A stretch of 63,698 nt of DNA, counting the filler, from Bigelowiella natans CCMP2755 (Eukaryota > Protista > Cercozoa): assembly GCA_000320545.1 (NCBI GenBank). It is 7 parts of 7 records of this genome, joined end to end, with 100 filler letters (N's around TTAATTAATTAA, not from the genome) between each part and the next. Parts side by side here need not be neighbours in the genome. Positions count along the whole stretch, not along the records: positions 51,692 to 56,644 come from ADNK01002753.1; positions 56,745 to 61,383 come from ADNK01003109.1; positions 61,484 to 63,698 come from ADNK01002362.1; 4 more parts are not named here. One strand, 5' to 3'. The notes under the pieces were generated by a model. The model searched no databases and was not told the origin of the DNA. It worked only from the letters and a program-made list of their open reading frames with translations. Positions 56,275 through 63,698 of the stretch are shown piece by piece. The first letter of the stretch is position 1, and each line of letters begins with the position of its first letter. The position numbers and the translations under genes were made by a program.

Positions 56275-56644
56275 GTACAATGCGGTATCTTCTCCTCCTC
56301 CCCCTCCTCCTCCTCCCCCTCCTCTCGAAGTAGGCTACTACTTGGTTGATGATGGAGGGTGTGCTACATGACCGCACCAATTCAAATACGCAGCAGTCAT
56401 ATCAGCATCACTATCGTATATGTCAGAGTCTACACATCTCTTACCTTTTCCATATGATGATGGGGTGCAGCAATTTACACTCCCGGGGGATGCGCCGGGT
56501 ATTTTAGGGGAGGGCTGTGCATGTTGGGGCGGTGCCGAATGGAATGGTTATACCACGAGATAGGAGCGACGTAAGGCTGGATAAGACGAAAAGAACTAGT
56601 CCGGGGACGTAGCGCCCCCAAAAAGGGGTGGGGGGGGGGGGGGG

Positions 56645-56744
56645 NNNNNNNNNNNNNNNNNNNNNNNNNNNNNNNNNNNNNNNNNNNNTTAATTAATTAA
56701 NNNNNNNNNNNNNNNNNNNNNNNNNNNNNNNNNNNNNNNNNNNN
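56645..56744. other. artificial contig spacer
   Basis: N44-TTAATTAATTAA-N44. Confidence 0.97.
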
Positions 56745-56982
56745 CCACAACAGACACATCTATTTCTTCTCTTTCCGTGTTCACATTTGCTTTTTTGTCT
56801 CCATTTTTATCACATTCTGCTTTTTTTTTTTTAACTTCTTCATTGTTTCTATACCTTTTTGCTGTTTCCCTACATTTAATACAAGTTTTTAATTTTCTCC
56901 CTTTCTCATTTAAAAAATCTTCAGGTAATCTATGACATTTGCACCTGTTACATTTTTCGTATTTGATTTCTTCATTACTCAT
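56745..56982 (-). CDS. viral-type zinc-finger protein, partial
   Basis: KCNRCKC...KTCIKCRE. Restoring one A in a homopolymer gives KKWRQKSKCEHGKRRNRCVCCG, a CEHG-type Cys repeat common in large DNA virus proteins. Confidence 0.65.
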
Positions 56983-57045
56983 TTCTCATACTTTTGTTAG
57001 TCATTATTTCTTTAAATAATATAATTATCTAACTCTATTGTATAT

Positions 57046-57363
57046 ATGGATAATAAAGAACTGGTCTTGGATGTAAAACAACACTCTGAAGAGTTCAAGA
57101 AGCGATTGGAGCAGGAGATACTACACAAAATGGAAGTGGAGGATGCGAAATTAGAGAATACATATCAATCTTGCTGTATGACTAGCGATAAACGAGCATT
57201 AGAGTTCTTCTTAAAGAGCGGAGTCATATTTAGTGTGCTTGTGTTCAGTATGCTACAAGTTATCACAGTTAATAATTCGTCCGAGCGGAATGCTTTTTTA
57301 AATATAGTAATATTAATACTGGGTACATTCTTGCCGTCGCCAAAGATAAAGGATAATAAATAA
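57046..57363 (+). CDS. small two-TM protein of a type recalled from Polinton-like/large DNA viruses
   Basis: Intronless 105 aa: YQSCCMTSDKRALEFF, then two hydrophobic helices, ending LGTFLPSPK. Family assignment is from recall and needs a search. Confidence 0.65.
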   Translation: MDNKELVLDVKQHSEEFKKRLEQEILHKMEVEDAKLENTYQSCCMTSDKRALEFFLKSGVIFSVLVFSMLQVITVNNSSERNAFLNIVILILGTFLPSPKIKDNK

Positions 57364-57386
57364 TGTAAAGCAAAGCGAATACTGCG

Positions 57387-57463
57387 AGTGCTAAATGCTG
57401 TGCTATGTGCTATATGCTATGTGCTATGCTATGTGCTGACATATGCGGATGCTGACATATGCG
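57387..57463. repeat. degenerate TGCTA(TG) tandem repeat between convergent virus-like genes
   Basis: gtgctaaatgctgtgctatgtgctatatgctatgtgctatgctatgtgctgacatatgcggatgctgacatatgcg. Confidence 0.7.
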
Positions 57464-57481
57464 AAAGGAACAAGTGTTTTA

Positions 57482-60223
57482 TTAGTCTGCTTGAATTTCG
57501 CTATTCAACAATTTGTAGTAATCTTTATCTTTTATCTCGTCATCAAACCTACTTCTACCCCAAAGTGCCTTTTTATGCACATTTCTACAATCATCCAGTG
57601 TGACTGCTTTCCATTCTCTTTGTCTATTAACTTCAAACCAATATCTCTTTCCATTTTGTGTCACATAGGTAGTAAAACCTATTTTGTATTGCTCTGCATA
57701 GCCCATCTCTCTTTCCACAACTTCCATCACTTCTCTTGTCGCCATTTTGATTTCATCCTCTTTTATTTTGGGCAACAACCACTGCATAGTCTTGTCAATG
57801 TCTTTAAGTGCTTGTTGCATCTCCGCTGTCTTATTTTTGAAAGTTGAAACCATATAATTCCAAATGGAGCTTATCTCTCCTTGTTTGTGGAAATATTCTG
57901 GCGAAAGTTTATCTCTTATGTTGCGAAGCTGATTCATTTCTTTCGCATAAGTATCACAAGCATTCTTTTTGACTGTCTCCATATTTTTTTGGTCATTCTC
58001 TATCTTTAGTTTGACTGCTTTCAGGTTGTTATACCATTGTTGGGCAATTCCCTCTGCCGCAACTTCAGCACACAAATTAAACTTATGAGGCTTGTAGGAA
58101 TCTATTTGTTTTACCTGTTGAAACATTGATAAGTTCGGATTGCACAAGGCCATTTGAACCCCCTTTTGTCTGCAGATTATATCCATTTTATTTCCGCCTC
58201 GCTGAACCCTAAGATTGCTCGTAGCATTACAAAGCTCCTGCATATCGTTGCCGTTGTCAGCACCGCCTTGAAGTCGCTTCGTGAGATTCAATGGAGTGCT
58301 AAATAATAAGAAATAATATTAGTAAATATATATTTCCTCCAATGGGTTGAAATTACAAATTGAAATAAATAATAAATATATATGTATGTAAATATATTTA
58401 TTATTACCTTATATCCTCTTCATCTTCTGAGGAATGTAAAGGGGAGTTGTCATTAGGTTCGTCGGTAGGTCTTCTACTGGGTTTTTTTTTATATTTTTCC
58501 AGTGTAGTCGCTTTCCATTCTCCGTGTTGTGTAACCTCAAACCAATATTTCTCTTCATTTAGCACTACATAACATACGAAACCAATCTCATACTGCTTCG
58601 CAAAACCAAACTTTCTATTCACCGCTTCCATACTTGGGTCATCCTTTTCATCATCGCTCTCTTCAACTTTCTTATTCTCTTCTTGTTTTAGAAACTTGTA
58701 TTTTTTCAAATGTCTAAAATACCCAGGATAATAGTTATACAACAATGCTTTTACCCGCATCTCTGCTTGGAGACATCTTATAAAAGGTGTCGTAAATCGT
58801 AACGATGTCCTCCGCTTTGACTGTAGTCCATTCTTGCTTTGAATACGGAGTGTAAAAGGATATTTGTTTTTCAGCACCTTTGATTTCAAAAGTAGTCTTC
58901 TGTTCTTCGTGATATTTAACTTGGTAAGGAATATCTTTTTCATTCTCTTTTAGCACGAGTGTAAATCCGTGTTGTTGGGGATTTTCAACATTCACAACAC
59001 CTTCTTTAAACATAGAAGGTGTTCGCAACATAGAGACCCAGTAATCAAAATCATATTTTCCAGCATACCAAACACTGTAAAAATGCTTCTTCACCTCGGT
59101 AATAGCAGTTTTTTCGTATGGTGTTTTGAAGCGAAGGCATTTATCGCCGATACCACAATACTCTTCTACATAAATCACTCTCTTTTCTTCCATATCCGTA
59201 TCAAAATAATGTAATGTAAAAGGTGTTGCTCTCATCTTGAAGAATAATCCCCGTCGTCTTAACGAAAGTGTTGACCACTGTGTTCCTCTCAAATCTACTG
59301 GGTTGTATTTCATTACATATAGTCCTAATGTATCCGCATCACCACCACCTTGTGTTCGTTCCCCAAGGTTAAGAGGTGTGCTAAATAATAAGAAATAATA
59401 TTAGTAACTATGTATCTCCTCCAATATTAATATTCAACACATTCAACACTCTCTAATGGGTTGAAATTACAAATTGAAACAAATGATAAATATAAATATG
59501 TAATTATATTTATTACCTTGTGTCCTTTTCATCTTTACAACCACCGCCTTGTAGTCGTTCCGTAAGGTTTAGAGGTGTTTGATACCGCTTGTCAATCGTT
59601 CCACCCTGCTTCAGTGGTAGTGTTTTTTTCTTGTCTGCAGACTTTAGATACCGCTTGTCAATCTTTCCTTTCGTTGTTAGTTTTGTCCAATCCAAAGTCA
59701 CAACTTTATGAGGCAGGTTTAAGTCCTTATTCTTCTTGGCTTTCTCAAGTGCTGATATAACTGTAGAGGTGCTGAACATTTTCTCATCATCACAGGTTGG
59801 GTTCTCCTGTTGCAGAATTTTGTTTGCTTTCTTCAAAGTCTCAACTTCGTTCAACAAGTATTTGATGAATCCCTCCAAGTCACCGACATTGAATTTCTTT
59901 TTGAGTGCGATTAACTTTTCACACTGAACGAAGCTATTCACAATTTTCCTTAACTGTGACAGTTTCGTTTCCAGGTATTTCTCGTAAGGCTTTTCGTTGG
60001 GTTTTGGTACAGGAACAGAATCCCACAACTCCTCCCAGGTCTTCAATTTTGTGTCTAAACCGACCTTGATGTAGAATGACCCTAATGATTTCTGCAGCCT
60101 TTCAATTTCCCCCTCTAAATATTTCTCGTAAAGCTTTTCGTTAGGTTTTGGAACAGGAACAGAAGCCCACAACTCGTCCCAAGACTTCATTTTAATCTCT
60201 CCGCTGACTGCCTGATCCGCCAT
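57482..60223 (-). CDS. spliced ~830-aa putative polyprotein with three TPLNLxxRxQGG motifs (exons 60223-59517, 59380-58408, 58298-57482; one frameshift in exon 2)
   Basis: ORFs 59513-60292 and 58404-58943 both end at AG|GTAATA donors. The downstream TACTAAT...TTATTTAG acceptors resume in frame (phase 2) into ORFs 58735-59313 and 57482-58291. Start taken as MADQ at 60223 (alternative ATG at 60292). Confidence 0.7.
58299..58407 (-). other. spliceosomal intron (109 nt), paralogous to 59381-59516
   Basis: GTAATA donor, TACTAAT branch-point-like motif, T-rich tract, TTTAG acceptor; splicing preserves frame. Confidence 0.75.
59381..59516 (-). other. spliceosomal intron (136 nt), paralogous to 58299-58407
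   Basis: Same donor, branch and acceptor; 3' end TTACTAATATTATTTCTTATTATTTAG identical to the other intron. Confidence 0.75.
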
Positions 60224-60546
60224 TGTAAGAGTGAAAGTCCGTATGTCGCCTTTTGATAAAAATAATAAAATTGTAGGGCATTTTGAGAACATTTTTGCCC
60301 CTTGTGGAAATAATAAGAGTATTTTGGAATTGCAGGGGGTTTATAATCGTGCAACACCACAAAATGAAACGGTGGCAGCACGAAATAACTTTTGTGGCTC
60401 TTCAAAATAAAAAGGAAGTAATTTTTGGCTCTTCCAAATGAAAGGGGTAGTGCTTTTTGGCTATTTATAGTGTTAGGGGTACTACAATTTTTGCTATTTT
60501 TAGATTTTTAGATTATGTGAATTTACCGAAGCTTAAAGGTCAATCT

Positions 60547-60615
60547 CAATGGGAGTGGGTCTATAAATAACCCACTCCAATGGGAGTGGGTCTATAAATA
60601 ACCCACTCCAATGGG
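60547..60615. repeat. 31-bp direct repeat x2, each a 9-bp hairpin with CTATAAATA loop
   Basis: CAATGGGAGTGGGTCTATAAATAACCCACTC twice plus partial CAATGGG; stem GGAGTGGGT/ACCCACTCC. Confidence 0.85.
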
Positions 60616-61383
60616 TTAAAAATAGAATTGGACTCATTGCAGTTGGGTATTACCAAAATCCTATTAATAACACCTCTTGGTATTCACCAAAGGCGATTTG
60701 TTTTTCCCCTGCTTGTCGTATTATATTACTATCCTCTCGTTTTCCCCAAATCGTTTACGAGGGCATTTATTTATTTTTTTGGTCACAATTCCTTGTCGCA
60801 GGGTAAGAAATTGGTTGTCGCACTTTCCTAATCTCAAATACTATGGATGTGAGATTTTCTACAGTGTATCAGAGAGTCTCTGGTTCTCTAAAAAGAAATG
60901 CCCTTACTTCTAGGAATTTTCCACGAATCATAATTTAAAATTTCGCAGGTGTGAAATCAACTCCCATCTCTCTACTTGTCTCCAGTTCCTTCCTAATCAG
61001 TCACAAAGCTATGTTTCTCAAAACTGTAACTTAAGATTGAAAACTAACAATATCAAAGTTCTTTATGAAACATAAACCTATGGTCCTACCTAAAAAAATA
61101 GCAAATAAAAAATAATAAATAAAATATATGCTATTAGATACAAAGCCAAATATAAATACAAGTCACGAAAATACATTACCTACTGACCTACTAAGACTCA
61201 AAATCAGCAGTTTTTAGCTTCCATAGCACAATACAACTGAAATATTCAAAACACACAGAAATAAAAATATTTTCTTCAGGTATTTAGAAGGTAAAATGAG
61301 AAGGTAGAAGAGAAATTAGAAGTAAAAATGAGAAAACAGAACATTTGCTGGAAAAATACAACTGAGTTATCAACTGTGGACAT

Positions 61384-61483
61384 NNNNNNNNNNNNNNNNN
61401 NNNNNNNNNNNNNNNNNNNNNNNNNNNTTAATTAATTAANNNNNNNNNNNNNNNNNNNNNNNNNNNNNNNNNNNNNNNNNNNN
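61384..61483. other. artificial contig spacer
   Basis: N44-TTAATTAATTAA-N44. Confidence 0.97.
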
Positions 61484-61794
61484 GTCGTGCAGCTTGTAGA
61501 TGCTAAAGCATTTCTGTGTCAGCTCTTTCTTGCTGTACGAAAAGTTAGAAAAATAACTTACATGCGAGCGATTTCCTTCACAGCATCTCTACACTTGTAG
61601 GTTCGGAATCGATTTTCTCGAGCTCCGATTCCGCTGCCTCTTTGTTCTTACCGACAACCGCTGCATAGTATCCCTGCAACAAATAGTAATAATTCCTATC
61701 AGCAATCTTTCTTTGTCACAAATTCAAAAAAGGCCGCTATTACATGGCACAAGCCCCCCCCCCCCCCCCCCCCCCCCCCCTTTCCCCCGGACAG

Positions 61795-62085
61795 GCTGCG
61801 ATTGAAGATCAGGTGTACATCGACAGCCAGAAGGCGCTTGCTGACGCAGAGCTATACACGGCAAAGAAGGACGCCGAGGCGAACAAGCTGCTGCTCTCCC
61901 CAGAGTATCTGCAGGAACAGCATATCTTATCGCTGAAGAACTCGAAGCTTGTTGTCGGCGACAAAATACCATCAACGCTACTTTTGCCTGGAATGACCTC
62001 CTCATCCTCTTCCTCCTCCGGCAGCAGCGACGTGGCTGCGGCAGCGGGGATCTTCGCCGCCAAGAGCGACGCAGCTGCTGCGTAA
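61795..62085 (+). CDS. ERLIN: erlin-like SPFH/band-7 protein, last exon
   Basis: AAIEDQVYIDSQKALADAELYTAKKDAEANKLLLSPEYLQ...NSKLVVGDKIPS matches the erlin C-terminal pattern (IED...KAxADAExY...NKxxLTPEYL...NSKIYFG.IP). Confidence 0.8.
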   Translation, partial: AAIEDQVYIDSQKALADAELYTAKKDAEANKLLLSPEYLQEQHILSLKNSKLVVGDKIPSTLLLPGMTSSSSSSSGSSDVAAAAGIFAAKSDAAAA

Positions 62086-62678
62086 TCGACGCCATGCTAC
62101 TTGTTTGCCCGATGTATCTAGGTATGCTTTTGCTATGATAGATCTATTGTTGCTACAGCAGATCGATGGAAAAAAGAACACTTGTTTACACGCGCGAACA
62201 GCAATTGTAGTTGGTGTTGCGTAATGATTCCATGCGCTGCACATGGAGCATATACTAGCACATGGTGAATGATGCATATAGTTACATGAAAGTAACACAC
62301 ACTGCAAGACTGCACTTCATCATGCATACACCGTGCTACACATGTACAATGCGTGAGAACTACATACACATTCGCGGCGTCGTTACACAATGTGCACTAA
62401 GTGTAGCCATGTATGGGGAGCTGTTACAAGTCCATGTACGCATGCTTTCAATTGACACGTCGCCGTGCAGCGACGAGTATACGTAAGCATCGCGTGGCAA
62501 ATAAGACACTAGCAGCTTGCTAGGAAGACTCGGAATGAACTGCTACATGCATGTGATTATGACCATCTAGCCACGTCGGCCGTTATAGCACACTAGCTGG
62601 CGCACCCACATGCATTTAACAGACGAATGTATAATGCTTGCATCATTCCTTCGCTGCGCGTACATAAAGCGTTATATA

Positions 62679-63139
62679 TCACATCGCAAACGTCGTTCTA
62701 AACAACATGTTGACCATGTCCTGGGGGATGGCGTCGCGGTAGCACATGTACGCCTCCCTCTTCGAGACAACGCTGGGTTGAGGAAATGCACCCCAAAAAA
62801 AAAAATGCCAAAACATCGAGACGACGGAAGAACCACAGAGGAAAAGATTAGAAGTGGTGATAAGCATCAACGAGGGAATAGAGGAGTTAGTTGGAAAAAA
62901 TTAAGCTCTCCCCCCCCCCCCCCGCCCCCTCTCTTGTGCGCACCGACACACACAAACGCATGCATAGAGTCGTTGTCGTCGTCGTCGTCGTCCCGTCTTA
63001 TATCATCATGATGTCGGATTTGTGTTTATATGATATACATTATAGGGACATTAATGTCCATATACGTGTATTCCGTCTACTACATGTGTACATCACACGT
63101 ATAGGGACATTAATGTCCATATAACATGCATATGTGCGC

Positions 63140-63175
<36 letters not shown>

Positions 63176-63396
63176 TATTTTTATTACTTTCGTCGCCCCA
63201 CCACCCAGAACGTCTCTTGGATCGACGTCTGGCTCTAATGATAACAATAATCCGCTTGGTGACGATGACGACGTTGGTGATGATGATGGCAAAGTGTGTT
63301 TATATGCAGTGTCAAAAGAGCAGCGGAGAGACCACTTGCGGCGCATTCGAAAGGAACAGTATGCATTGCAGTCCTATCCTACGCTAATGAATGAGA

Positions 63397-63451
<55 letters not shown>

Positions 63452-63454
63452 TAC

Positions 63455-63492
<38 letters not shown>

Positions 63493-63612
63493 GAGAAGGG
63501 AGAAGGGAGAAGCAAACGCGAAAACAACAAAGCTGTAGCGCACCGCCACTCGAAGCCTGAGGCCCATCTCTGATATCTGCGAAGAACGCTTATGCTCTCT
63601 CGACTCGCGCCG
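62679..63612 (-). CDS. multi-exon hypothetical protein, 3' part (tentative)
   Basis: Short spliceable segments RRESREHKRSSQISEMGLRLRVA, EPDVDPRDVL and terminal VVSKREAYMCYRDAIPQDMVNMLFRTTFAM*. Confidence 0.35.
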
Positions 63613-63698
63613 CTGATGATGACGAGGAAGACACGTCGATGGTCATGAAGTTTTTTTTGCCAAAGGGGAGGGAGGGGGGGGAGAGGGAGAGAGAGGTT

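Larger units (their letters stand above)
56745..61383. mobile_element. AT-rich virus-like contig (Polinton-like/virophage/giant-virus-related endogenous element, or co-assembled virus)
   Basis: Abrupt AT-rich composition, no long dinucleotide microsatellites, compact long ORFs, Cys-rich viral-type zinc fingers and a small 2-TM protein. No hallmark capsid, ATPase, PolB or integrase gene in the fragment; gaps on both sides. Confidence 0.6.

Noticed and set aside
60547-60615. CRISPR array or CRESS-virus origin
   Set aside because: The repeats abut with no spacers and no cas genes are present. The loop does not match the TAnTATTAC nonamer and no Rep is seen.
53755-61383. AS3MT disrupted by insertion of the virus-like element
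   Set aside because: The junction is an artificial spacer and the gene does not resume after 61483.
13283-61483. Recurrent TTAATTAATTAA palindrome inside N runs as a biological repeat
   Set aside because: Fixed-format assembly linker with six-frame stops. Genes cut at these points do not continue across, so adjacency between contigs is not meaningful.
36-63573. Numerous ORFs with ERERER, YIYIYI, HTHTHT, CVCVCV or poly-amino-acid runs
   Set aside because: These are translations of intronic microsatellites or antisense shadows of real exons.

Overview
Eukaryotic (protist/algal) nuclear DNA. It is a concatenation of seven contigs joined by artificial 100-nt N spacers that carry TTAATTAATTAA. 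Six contigs are intron-rich host DNA with microsatellite-filled introns. Reading exons by eye gives: a cNMP-binding-domain protein (3' part), two EF-hand proteins, AMPK beta subunit, a cyanobacterial-type Ser/Thr kinase with a putative signal peptide, an ankyrin-repeat protein, a calcium-dependent protein kinase, a BAR-domain protein, an atypical SDR (3' part), a stand-alone Nup96, a ricin-lectin/GT8 glycosyltransferase, an RBM26/27-like RRM protein, arsenite methyltransferase, erlin (3' part) and several hypothetical genes. A chlorarachniophyte-like secondary alga is plausible but unproven. One contig (56745-61383) is very different: AT-rich, microsatellite-poor and virus-like. Its minus-strand ORFs are joined by two mutually homologous GT-AG introns into a ~830-aa polyprotein. 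That polyprotein contains three copies of a ubiquitin-tail-like TPLNLxxRxQGG motif, candidate cleavage sites, and is the most novel-looking system here. Host genes alternate strictly in orientation within contigs, and a dispersed ~85-nt element recurs in the convergent intergenic regions. All gene models are manual, so outer boundaries are approximate.
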